Positions 26,320 to 34,614 of a stretch of 42,409 bases of DNA are shown piece by piece. The notes beneath the pieces are model-generated. The model saw only the letters and a list, made by a program, of their open reading frames with translations, searched no databases and had not been told where the DNA came from. Both the position numbers and the translations under genes were made by a program. The DNA comes from a virus, in the UHGV virus genome UHGV-0357081; one strand, written 5' to 3'. Numbering within the stretch: position 1 is the first letter of the stretch; each line of letters opens with the position of its first letter.

Positions 26320-28113
26320 GTGTTTTTAAAGCAATCCATATTATCTGATGCAGAACAGAATACTGAGGGATTAAAGATTGTTTATGATGACTTGGCCCCT
26401 TATGCCAAAGAAAATAGTACAGCATCCATTACAAGACCTGGATTAAGACCGAGAATAGGACTTCGTCCAGGCCCTGGTTTACATCCGCGTGGGACGATAA
26501 CAGAGCAAGAATTCCCGGAATTAAAGCGGGATGATATTTCTTATCCCGGATACGCTCTATGCTTTCCACGGTTTTCTTTATTAAATGGAAAGTATATTAA
26601 TTTTCCAGATAATCCGCTTCCTTACGGATACATAAGCCCGGAAGTATCAAATGAGCAAGGATTGTTTGGGTATATTAAGCAGAGCCAGGGGCTTAAACCT
26701 CAAATGGGTTTGCATCCAGGAATGTTTTTATACCCGAAATCAACAACTGAAACGTTGATTGAATCCCCCATGTTAACAGTGACATTTAATCAGAAATTTA
26801 CTAGTGTAGGGTTGCTTTTTACTTTTAATATGATGTCGGGCGATTATTGCACCAGAATGAGAATTAAGTGGTACTCGGATAATAGCCTATTGTCAGATAT
26901 GGAGTTTTACCCGGATTCAGTGCGATATTTTTGTAATAATTATGTGAGAGGATATAATAAGCTGGAAATCACATTTTTACAGACATCAAAACCCATCAGG
27001 CCGGTATTTGTCACCAGAATAGATTATGGAATATACAGAGACTTTCTGGACAACGAATTGCTGGAAAGAAACTGTTTGCAAGAAATCAATGCCATATCAG
27101 AAAGCATAAGTATCAACACTTTGAATTTTACGGTCAGAACAACATCTAATATACCGTTTGATTTGCAAAAAAAGCAGAAGCTTACACTGTATTTTAATGG
27201 AGAGTTGATAGGGAATTTTTATCTAAAAAACGGCGCAAGAAAAAACAAAACAGATTACCATATGGACGCGCATGATGCAGTGGGTGTATTGGATGGTAAT
27301 GAGTTCGCTGGAGGAATATATACAGGCCAGCCGGTTTCTGAAGTATTAGAAAAAATATTTGAGAATGAAGATTTTAATTATTTATTGGATGAATCATTTT
27401 CAGATATTCCGCTTTATGGATACATACCGTATACCACAAAGAGAAACGCATTAGTATACATATGCTTTGCTATTGGAGCTATTGCAGATACAAGCAATTA
27501 TGATGGAATTGTTATATATCCACAGGAGAATGCTTTGAGTGGTGAATTCTTGCCGGATGAAGTGTTTTCCGGTGTTACATTAGAGCATTCTGATATTGTT
27601 ACTGGAATCAGGCTGACAGTACATACTTATAAAAAATCTAATGAAGCGCAAGAATTATATAATGATACTTTAAATGGAACAGCAGAGATTATTTTTAGCG
27701 AGCCTTATCACAGTCTGGACATAGCTGGTGGAATCATTGGTCAGCACGGGGATAACTATGCCTATATAACTGGAACTGGTGGAAATGTAACACTGACTGG
27801 TAAGAGATACAACCATCTCACCACATCAATCCTTAAAGAAAATCCAGATATTGTATTTAATAAAAACATCCGTGAAGTAACAGACGCAACATTGGTTTAT
27901 AGTGGTAATGCGCAGCAAGTGCTTGACCGCGTATATGCATATTATCAGCGAGCAGAAAATGTGGTGGGGGATGTTCTTATTGGAACAAAAAAATTAGGAC
28001 AGAAAGTCAAGATTGATACAGATTACGATGGATACCGCACAGGCATTATTGAGAGCTACAATTATAGCTTTTCTCCCAACGAAATTAAGGCAGAGGTAAA
28101 AATACATGAGTAA
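26320..28113 (+). CDS. tail tip / baseplate structural protein
   Basis: GTG 26320 with RBS AGAGGAGG 8 nt upstream. ~598 aa. Repeated GLRPRIGLRPGPGLHPRG and GLKPQMGLHPG motifs. Confidence 0.45.
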   Translation: MFLKQSILSDAEQNTEGLKIVYDDLAPYAKENSTASITRPGLRPRIGLRPGPGLHPRGTITEQEFPELKRDDISYPGYALCFPRFSLLNGKYINFPDNPLPYGYISPEVSNEQGLFGYIKQSQGLKPQMGLHPGMFLYPKSTTETLIESPMLTVTFNQKFTSVGLLFTFNMMSGDYCTRMRIKWYSDNSLLSDMEFYPDSVRYFCNNYVRGYNKLEITFLQTSKPIRPVFVTRIDYGIYRDFLDNELLERNCLQEINAISESISINTLNFTVRTTSNIPFDLQKKQKLTLYFNGELIGNFYLKNGARKNKTDYHMDAHDAVGVLDGNEFAGGIYTGQPVSEVLEKIFENEDFNYLLDESFSDIPLYGYIPYTTKRNALVYICFAIGAIADTSNYDGIVIYPQENALSGEFLPDEVFSGVTLEHSDIVTGIRLTVHTYKKSNEAQELYNDTLNGTAEIIFSEPYHSLDIAGGIIGQHGDNYAYITGTGGNVTLTGKRYNHLTTSILKENPDIVFNKNIREVTDATLVYSGNAQQVLDRVYAYYQRAENVVGDVLIGTKKLGQKVKIDTDYDGYRTGIIESYNYSFSPNEIKAEVKIHE

Positions 28114-28543
28114 GTATTTAGAATCCCTTATTTTTGACCGTACGCAGTCAGACATAATAGAATTAACCGACAAGGCTTACATTGATTACAAAGACCTAAA
28201 CCGTGTCGAACAGGCAATCAAATGGGTATCTTATGTCCTTAATCAGTACGGATATAGAAATACGATTGTATCTAAGACATGGAAACCGCAGGACCATAGG
28301 ACGGATTACGAAATGGACCGTCTGAAAAAAAATATAGTTGCAATAAGGAATGCATACTATACAGACAGCAACACCCCGCTAACCCCTGATAAGATAACAT
28401 ACACATCAGTTTATCAGGCCAACGCCATAGAAAGAATCATTTATGATTTGGGGAATCTGATTGTAAAATCCTGTCCAGGTCCAAACCATCTTGCATTCAC
28501 ACTTGGAAGGAAAACATTAGGAAACAGGAGTATAAGCCTATGA
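28106..28543 (+). CDS. tail-associated hypothetical protein
   Basis: ATGA-overlap with the upstream gene. Confidence 0.35.
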   Translation: MSKYLESLIFDRTQSDIIELTDKAYIDYKDLNRVEQAIKWVSYVLNQYGYRNTIVSKTWKPQDHRTDYEMDRLKKNIVAIRNAYYTDSNTPLTPDKITYTSVYQANAIERIIYDLGNLIVKSCPGPNHLAFTLGRKTLGNRSISL

Positions 28544-29007
28544 GTTTGAAAACTGATTATAAAAATGATAAATTTTCTGGAATGCGTAAATACAAAATTG
28601 AAACTGATTCTGAAACCGGACTATCTACATTGGATGATAAAACCGAATATGTGGAGGTAGGGGACATATTCTCTGCTGATGATATCAATAATACAAATAA
28701 GGCCATTAACAAGATAGAAGGAACAGTTAATGATATGATTGGGGCAATCAGGCTCGATTTCCCTAAAACTGGGTGGAGCACCCAGGCACCATATAAACAG
28801 ACTGTAAACAATGCGGGTATAAATGATACGGATGTCCCAGTGCCAATGTTCGAGTATCCTGTCATTAATTCGGAACAGCAACAGAAAGACGTGGACAGAA
28901 GCGTGGGGTATATCACCGACATAACAACGAATAATGGATCAGTGACCATTACATGTAATTATAGGAAACCAACAGCAGATTTCATACTTGTATTGAAAGG
29001 AATATGA
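28540..29007 (+). CDS. tail-associated hypothetical protein
   Basis: Overlapping start/stop coupling with neighbours. Confidence 0.35.
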   Translation: MSLKTDYKNDKFSGMRKYKIETDSETGLSTLDDKTEYVEVGDIFSADDINNTNKAINKIEGTVNDMIGAIRLDFPKTGWSTQAPYKQTVNNAGINDTDVPVPMFEYPVINSEQQQKDVDRSVGYITDITTNNGSVTITCNYRKPTADFILVLKGI

Positions 29008-29429
29008 CAATGAGAATCGGATTACCGTTTAAAGGAAGTGGGGTTGATGTGACCGGCCTAACCGCTACATCACCAAGAGTCAGAAAAGGAAAAACATTTT
29101 ATGGAGCTGGGACTGATAATGAACAGTCTGGGACAATGCAAGATGTTGAATCGATTAATAAAAAGATGGACGTAAATGAAACATATAATATTACGCCTGG
29201 ATACCATGATGGAAATGATACATTCTTCCAAAACCTTGAAACATACAGAGGTGGATTTGTTGACCCTGGTCCTGGTAAACAGGTGATTGAAACAAAAGGA
29301 AAATACGTAATGTATGATATTATTGTATTGGAAGTAAGCGGATTGCGACCGGAAGTGATAAAATATGGCGTGACTGTTGGTGAAGGTGAAGGGGCGGTAA
29401 CTGGTACATGGCAGGGTTTTGTAAGTTAG
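29004..29429 (+). CDS. tail fibre-like protein (short paralogue)
   Basis: Shares G.G.[DE][NK][EQ]Q[ST]GT[ML].D ... PGY[HY].GG ... QN[IL]ET[FY] ... GKY motifs with the next gene. Confidence 0.4.
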   Translation: MTMRIGLPFKGSGVDVTGLTATSPRVRKGKTFYGAGTDNEQSGTMQDVESINKKMDVNETYNITPGYHDGNDTFFQNLETYRGGFVDPGPGKQVIETKGKYVMYDIIVLEVSGLRPEVIKYGVTVGEGEGAVTGTWQGFVS

Positions 29430-29446
29430 TGGAATGGATGGTGTAT

Positions 29447-30349
29447 ATGGCGAAGTTGGCGTTACATAAATTTGGTAGTCAAGCGAATCTGGATGACTTA
29501 ACAGCAATGCCAGAGGATGTATTGGAAGGTAATATATTCCTTGGGAAAGGAAGCGAGGAGAAACAGACCGGAACACTTCCAGACAAAAAATCCCCAACAA
29601 TTATATTGCCGGCAAACGGGGAAATAAAACTTGAACCTGGATATTATTCAGGTGGGAAAATCACCCAGAACATTGAAACATTTAATGCACAGACAATCGG
29701 TCCTGGAGCAAAACAAATCACGGTCAAGACTGCTGGAAAATACGGGAATGGTGATATCACTATTAATCCGGTTAAAAACCTAACCCCTTCGGTCATTAAG
29801 AAAGGTGAATATGTTGCAGGCGTAGGTCCTGGACTGTGGGAAGGATATGTAAATGAGGACCCATATACCCCATATCTATTCGGGACATTTTATGGCTCAC
29901 AGGGTATTACATATTTTAGGTATACAACATATAGACAAGGTACTGGTACGGTAAAACTGTCAAAGGACCACATAGAAGCAAGTGCAGGTTCAGGAGAAAC
30001 AGTCGCATTTGTTTTTGACCTACCCATCAACCTTACAAATGTAAAATCGGTTACGGTCCAAATGTCTGGAACCGGAAAGGTTTGCAAGGTTATGGTATGC
30101 CGGAATAGGGTGGAAAACTATATTGAGGAAGCATATCAGTCCGGTTCAAGCGTGCAATATAGATATAATCCGAATCTAGGTGACATATTACTTGATGGGT
30201 CAATTGGAAGAAGTAGCTCTTCCGGCGCTGAATGGGAGCAAGAAAAAACATTTACCTTAAGCGGAATAACTGGCAATGCCTACCTGTATATTGGAGCTTC
30301 TGGGGCTGCGTTTGACTACAATTTATATTTGGCTAGATTTAATCTGTAA
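29447..30349 (+). CDS. tail fibre-like protein (long paralogue)
   Basis: ATG 29447 (MAKLALHKFG). Paralogous N-terminal half to 29004..29429. The C-terminal tip (...SGITGNAYLYIGASGAAFDYNLYLARFNL) resembles the inverted ORF at 30863..31168. Confidence 0.45.
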   Translation: MAKLALHKFGSQANLDDLTAMPEDVLEGNIFLGKGSEEKQTGTLPDKKSPTIILPANGEIKLEPGYYSGGKITQNIETFNAQTIGPGAKQITVKTAGKYGNGDITINPVKNLTPSVIKKGEYVAGVGPGLWEGYVNEDPYTPYLFGTFYGSQGITYFRYTTYRQGTGTVKLSKDHIEASAGSGETVAFVFDLPINLTNVKSVTVQMSGTGKVCKVMVCRNRVENYIEEAYQSGSSVQYRYNPNLGDILLDGSIGRSSSSGAEWEQEKTFTLSGITGNAYLYIGASGAAFDYNLYLARFNL

Positions 30350-30358
30350 GGAGGTTAC

Positions 30359-30862
30359 ATGAATAACATAGAAAATATCCAAGAATATATACCTACTGTG
30401 TATGTTAATGACTCTGAGCCGGATTTGGATGAGACAAACTTAAACAAAACAGAACAGGCAATAAAACGGGTAACTGATGCAGCCAATAAAGCAATTGATG
30501 CATTAAAGCAACTGGACCGGGAGAAGTTAGCGTTATCTGCTATATCTAACGTATTATCTGATGCTACAGATAAGGTTCCATCATTGGCTTTAGCTAATAC
30601 AATGCAGCTCGCGATTAATGACTTAAATAGCAATTTATCAGATAAAACGAATACCAGTGATTTTAATAATTTGAAAAACTCAATTGTTATGGTTAATGTC
30701 ACTGGATTTGCAATTGGAATTGACGGTAATAATGTTATAATCCAGTGGCTGACCGGAGAGAATAGAGAATTTGGCTATGCACTCAATATTGGAACCACAG
30801 ATGGCACAATGCAGTTTTTCTACCGTGAGAATGGTACGTGGAAACCCTCATGGAACAAATAA
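30359..30862 (+). CDS. hypothetical tail-fibre-region protein
   Basis: RBS AAGGAGGTTAC-ATG. Its stop abuts the stop of the convergent minus-strand ORF. Confidence 0.4.
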   Translation: MNNIENIQEYIPTVYVNDSEPDLDETNLNKTEQAIKRVTDAANKAIDALKQLDREKLALSAISNVLSDATDKVPSLALANTMQLAINDLNSNLSDKTNTSDFNNLKNSIVMVNVTGFAIGIDGNNVIIQWLTGENREFGYALNIGTTDGTMQFFYRENGTWKPSWNK

Positions 30863-31168
30863 TCATTGTACTGAATAGATAATCTCGAAATAAAAAATGC
30901 TATTTCCTGTAGCACCAGAATCTATAGTTATATTCCCGGATCCAGGTGTAGTCTTAAAAACACCATAACCGGTTGTGCCATGAATCAAATAGGCTCCGTT
31001 GTATGCGGCTGCCGGAAGTCCGGAAAACAATAGGGTATTATCTATTGTGGTATTGGTCTTTAAGGTAATCTGTGCGTTTATAACACATTGTCTGCCAATT
31101 TTGTAGTAGCTTACTCCTCCAGTGGCCCAATCAGAATTGACTGTACCAACACCATTTGCAAATACCAA
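30863..31168 (-). CDS. inverted fibre-tip-like ORF lacking a proper start (possible alternative C-terminal cassette)
   Basis: Open frame with no ATG and no RBS (TTG only). Its stop is directly adjacent to the stop of 30359..30862. ...GNITIDSGATGNSIFYFEIIYSVQ resembles the C-terminal tip of 29447..30349. Confidence 0.3.
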   Translation of the reverse strand: MVFANGVGTVNSDWATGGVSYYKIGRQCVINAQITLKTNTTIDNTLLFSGLPAAAYNGAYLIHGTTGYGVFKTTPGSGNITIDSGATGNSIFYFEIIYSVQ

Positions 31169-31212
31169 ATTGCTATTTTGCTATATAAAAACATACCCAT
31201 GAAAGGAGTAAA

Positions 31213-31626
31213 ATGAACCAATTAAAACTATTAAACAACACAAAATACGACTTAATTACAAACGGGGTGGAAGAATCAGGCGATTACCTAACCCTGTCGT
31301 TTCTTCCCGTCCTAGATAGTTTTGAAACGGTAGAATCCGAATTTAATCCGACAAATACAGAAAAAATTTACATACTTGGTTTGGACGGTCAGCCGATGGA
31401 AGTAAAAACCGGATTTACTCAGCTGGTTGAGATGCGCAAGAAAATGGATTATGTCATTTCATCTGAAACAGTAAATACCGGAACCGAGGAAGAGCCGAAT
31501 TATGAAACCAATGAAGTGAAGGATAGCATTATGGTTGTTAAACTTCGTAGGCCAGATATCCGGGATACAGTGCGGACATTGCAAGATACAGTGGATGCAA
31601 TAATTTTAAATCAGCTGGAGGTGTAA
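31213..31626 (+). CDS. hypothetical protein
   Basis: RBS GAAAGGAGTAAA-ATG. 137-aa acidic protein. Confidence 0.4.
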   Translation: MNQLKLLNNTKYDLITNGVEESGDYLTLSFLPVLDSFETVESEFNPTNTEKIYILGLDGQPMEVKTGFTQLVEMRKKMDYVISSETVNTGTEEEPNYETNEVKDSIMVVKLRRPDIRDTVRTLQDTVDAIILNQLEV

Positions 31627-31627
31627 C

Positions 31628-31753
31628 ATGTATACAACGTTAAAAAGGTTATATAACAATGGAAAAGGGCCATTAACCGTTGATGAGCTTAACCGGGCTG
31701 TATTACTTGGATGGATTACAGAGCAGCAGAAAAACAGTATAATTGGAGGATGA
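31628..31753 (+). CDS. XkdX-like small protein
   Basis: 41 aa, ending ...LTVDELNRAVLLGWITEQQKNSIIGG, resembling the XkdX family found just upstream of lysis genes in PBSX-like prophages. Confidence 0.5.
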   Translation: MYTTLKRLYNNGKGPLTVDELNRAVLLGWITEQQKNSIIGG

Positions 31754-31755
31754 TT

Positions 31756-32496
31756 ATGAGAGATATCACATTGTGTCATCCACGCTTACAGCTTTTAGCA
31801 GGTCAGTTAGTGGATGAATGTAATAAACAGGGATTAAAAATTAAGATAGGCGAAACATTGCGAACTGTGGCAGAACAGGATGCGTTATATGCTCAGGGCA
31901 GGACTAAACCGGGGAACATTGTAACTAATGCTCCAGGCAGTAGCTACAGCTCATATCATCAGTGGGGTACTGCCTTTGATATCTTCCGCAATGACGGAGC
32001 TGGAGCTTATAATGAAATTGGTGGATTTTTTAACCGTGTAGGTGCTATCGGTGTATCTTTGGGACTTGAATGGGGTGGAAATTGGAAGTCTCCTGTGGAC
32101 AAGCCACATTTCCAATTGCCGGATTGGGGAAGTAGCACATCTGGAATCAAGAAACTATATCGCACCCCGGATGAATTTATGAAAACCTGGGTGACAGAGG
32201 GACGCACTGGCTGGATTAAGGATAATAACGGCTGGTGGTACCGCAGACCAGATGGAACTTACCCGGCTAATAAGTGGTGTGTCATAAATCACCATTGGTA
32301 TCTGTTTAACAAAGACGGATATGCTTGCACCAGCTGGCACCGCTGGAATGGAAGTGCATGTGACCCGGATGATGGTTCGGGGGATTGGTATTACTTTGAC
32401 CCTACACCAAACGGTCCATTGGAGGGGGCGTGCTGGCATAGCCAGGACAATGGGGCACTGGATGTCTGGTACATAGAGGATTCTAATTCAATATAA
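31756..32496 (+). CDS. endolysin: M15 (VanY/CwlK-like) peptidase domain plus cell-wall-binding repeats
   Basis: N-terminal LCHPRL...ETLRTVAEQDALYAQGRTKPGNIVTNAPGSSYHQWGTAFD (L-Ala-D-Glu / D,D-peptidase M15 signature) and C-terminal GWIKDNNGWWYRRPDGTY...HWYLFNKDGY repeats (CW_binding_1-like). Confidence 0.85.
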   Translation: MRDITLCHPRLQLLAGQLVDECNKQGLKIKIGETLRTVAEQDALYAQGRTKPGNIVTNAPGSSYSSYHQWGTAFDIFRNDGAGAYNEIGGFFNRVGAIGVSLGLEWGGNWKSPVDKPHFQLPDWGSSTSGIKKLYRTPDEFMKTWVTEGRTGWIKDNNGWWYRRPDGTYPANKWCVINHHWYLFNKDGYACTSWHRWNGSACDPDDGSGDWYYFDPTPNGPLEGACWHSQDNGALDVWYIEDSNSI

Positions 32497-32534
32497 AAGC
32501 GCCAGAACTTGACTCTGACGCTTATATAAATAAA

Positions 32535-32770
32535 GTACCATCTTCGGAAATATGCAACACGAAATGCAACACGGAGCCTACAAACCGCATAAAACCGTTG
32601 TATTTTACGGGTCCGATTCCCGTCAGCAGCTTTTTCTTAAAACCTTGTAGATACGTAGAAAACAACGTATTTGCAAGGTTTTTTCATGTTTTTGGATAGC
32701 ACTTCCTCCGTGACAGACGGAGGAAATAATTATAATATTTAGGATATATGCAACACGATGCAACACGAAA
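32535..32770. other. candidate attP: arm-type repeat clusters flanking a core-like dyad
   Basis: TGCAACACG[AG] occurs four times in two tandem pairs (32553-32574 and 32749-32768). Perfect 8-7-8 dyad TTCCTCCG-TGACAGA-CGGAGGAA at 32703-32725. T-arm-like hairpin ACGGG-TCCGATT-CCCGT at 32607-32623. Confidence 0.4.
32639..32690 (+). terminator. late-operon terminator (two-tier hairpin plus T-runs)
   Basis: AACCTTG...CAAGGTT stem with an inner ATACGT/ACGTAT stem, followed by TTTTTCATGTTTTT. Confidence 0.4.
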
Positions 32771-32784
32771 AATATGCTATTCTA

Positions 32785-33855
32785 TCACATGATGAACTTT
32801 TCAAAGTGTTTATTGATTTTTTTATTTTGCCGGACAGATTCCAGGTCAATCACATTCCTGTATACAGTTTTCATGATATTGTCACTGGCCCATCCTCCTC
32901 GCTGCAATATATATTGGTCTGGTACACCTATGGCGTGCATAATGGATGCAGCATAATGCCGGAGGTCGTGAAAGCGGAAATGCGGTACATCAATCTTTTT
33001 AAGCACCCGCCCAAATCTATGTGTGATATAATCCGGGTTCATGTCAACTAATTTTCCTTTCTTTCCAGATATCCGGTCAATTACAAATGCCGGCATTTCT
33101 ACGTCCCGTGTGCTGTCATCCGTCTTTGGCTGTTTGATATACCATTGATTGTCTGGCCCCTTAACCATATTGTCTCTTACATGGATAATACGACCCTCTA
33201 TATTTTTATCCGTAAGGGCGCTTATCTCTCCACGTCTGAGTGGCCCAAACGCAGCCAGTAACACGGCTATCTCTAAATCTGTACCTTTGATGGCGTCTAA
33301 CAACTTTTTGATATCATTGTCATTGGGGCAGTACAAATCTGGGCGCTTTTTCTGCGGAAGCTTTACCTTTAAGGTTAAATCCGGCGCAAACATTTCCAAG
33401 GATGCGGATAACAGGCCATAGGCATTTCTAACTGTCTTTGGAGACAGTTGTTTCCCTGCCAAATCACTTACCCATATCTGTACAGATGGATTAGATAGCT
33501 CTGAGAGCCGTTTACGCCCAAATACGCAGTCAAAATACTGCCTTTGCATACCAACATACCCTCTAAGCGTAGAAGGGCTTAAAACGCCTTTTTTAACGTT
33601 TAAATAACGTTCAATAGCTTGGCTCACTGTTATATCTTCGTCCTCGTCCTCTTCCGGTACATTGTATTGCTCTATGGGCTTATCCTTCATATCTAATTTC
33701 CATCTAGCAGCCATTTCTTGTGCGATTTTACGTGATGGAGCAACAAAACTTTTGTAATGTCGTTTACCTTTTTCATCCGTATATAAGTATAATTGTACAC
33801 GGATATTTTTGGATGGCAGTTCTCCTTTTTTCTTTTTCGGGGCTTTCTTTGTCAT
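32785..33855 (-). CDS. int: phage integrase (tyrosine recombinase)
   Basis: Start at ATG 33855 (MTKKAPKKKK) after GAAGGAGGA. Arm-binding-like N-terminus, then a catalytic domain with ...FHDLRHYAASIMHAIGVP...LQRGGWASDNIMKTVYRNV (His and Tyr). Located between the lysin and the repressor module. Confidence 0.9.
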   Translation of the reverse strand: MTKKAPKKKKGELPSKNIRVQLYLYTDEKGKRHYKSFVAPSRKIAQEMAARWKLDMKDKPIEQYNVPEEDEDEDITVSQAIERYLNVKKGVLSPSTLRGYVGMQRQYFDCVFGRKRLSELSNPSVQIWVSDLAGKQLSPKTVRNAYGLLSASLEMFAPDLTLKVKLPQKKRPDLYCPNDNDIKKLLDAIKGTDLEIAVLLAAFGPLRRGEISALTDKNIEGRIIHVRDNMVKGPDNQWYIKQPKTDDSTRDVEMPAFVIDRISGKKGKLVDMNPDYITHRFGRVLKKIDVPHFRFHDLRHYAASIMHAIGVPDQYILQRGGWASDNIMKTVYRNVIDLESVRQNKKINKHFEKFIM

Positions 33856-33919
33856 TTCTCTTTCCTCCTTCAATTGATTTCCCTAAAATGGGTATAAAAA
33901 ATACAGCTCCGCAAATATC

Positions 33920-33948
33920 TTGCAAAGCCGCCCCGAAGATGGTACAAT
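33920..33948 (+). promoter_or_regulatory. near-consensus sigma-70 promoter (TTGCAA-17-TACAAT), facing away from int
   Basis: -35 TTGCAA at 33920-33925, 17-nt spacer, -10 TACAAT at 33943-33948. It overlaps the int-flanking 13-mer CCGAAGATGGTAC. No plus-strand CDS lies downstream. Confidence 0.35.
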
Positions 33949-34023
33949 ATAGGTGCGAATTATAATGCATATCTTCGGGTATGTGGGCCGGTTCCTGTTG
34001 GCGCAGGGGCCGGTTTTGTTTTA

Positions 34024-34551
34024 TTATATACCTTGAAACATCTGTTGTACTTGGTCTAATGCATTGTTCATTTCTGCTACAGCATTTTTATATGCCATAT
34101 ATCTCCAATAAATAATTAAAGCATAAATGGATATAACCATCACTGTAAAAATTATTCTGTCAGCCAAAGAACGTTTTTTATAACACCATAGTAATGCAAT
34201 TCCAAAGGGAGCAAAACAAAAAAATGTGAGCAATCCTATAAAGATATTTTTTTTATAAAATGGGTCTTGATTAGAATCATGTTCTATGATGTCTAAATTA
34301 GGACATTTTTCTTGAATATAATCAATTGCTCGCTGCATTGGCTCATTACTTTTTTTGGAAAATGTAAAGCGTTTCATTTTTCCATATTGGAGGTAGAAAT
34401 CTATGTATCCACCTTCTGTGGCAGAACGAAATTCATATTCGATTTTTGATATATCATCATATTTTATTTTAGTTTTATTTCCAATAATATTGATAATATT
34501 TATTTCTTTTTTACCAACATAAAGTTTTCCCCAATCACCTTTTATACTCAT
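34024..34551 (-). CDS. membrane protein with N-terminal PH-like domain (candidate superinfection-exclusion or lysogenic-conversion gene)
   Basis: N-terminal ~90 aa beta-rich, resembling bacterial PH/GRAM-like domains, then two TM helices (IFIGLLTFFCFAPFGIALLW and IIFTVMVISIYALIIYW). Located between int and immA. Confidence 0.4.
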   Translation of the reverse strand: MSIKGDWGKLYVGKKEINIINIIGNKTKIKYDDISKIEYEFRSATEGGYIDFYLQYGKMKRFTFSKKSNEPMQRAIDYIQEKCPNLDIIEHDSNQDPFYKKNIFIGLLTFFCFAPFGIALLWCYKKRSLADRIIFTVMVISIYALIIYWRYMAYKNAVAEMNNALDQVQQMFQGI

Positions 34552-34614
34552 AAAAAACCACCAGCCTTGTTATTGATGTTTTATATAATGATATTGGATT
34601 GTATACATAAGCTA

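Noticed and set aside
30080-31168. Specific crossover sites for fibre-tip inversion (shared TTTGCAA..GGT..TGGTA between 30080-30098 and 31149-31168 inverted).
   Set aside because: The match is short and imperfect, and it would fuse the two coding sequences out of frame. Not accepted as a recombination site.
32607-32630. tRNA gene at the attP-like region.
   Set aside because: Only a T-arm-like hairpin with a non-canonical TCCGATT loop is present. There is no acceptor stem, anticodon arm or CCA, so it is at most a tRNA 3-prime fragment and was kept only as a note in the attP finding.
33720-33970. ORFs 33720..33965 (+) and 33773..33970 (-) between int and the PH-domain gene.
   Set aside because: They overlap the int 5-prime end, promoter and repeat region, lack RBSs, and are likely non-coding regulatory DNA.
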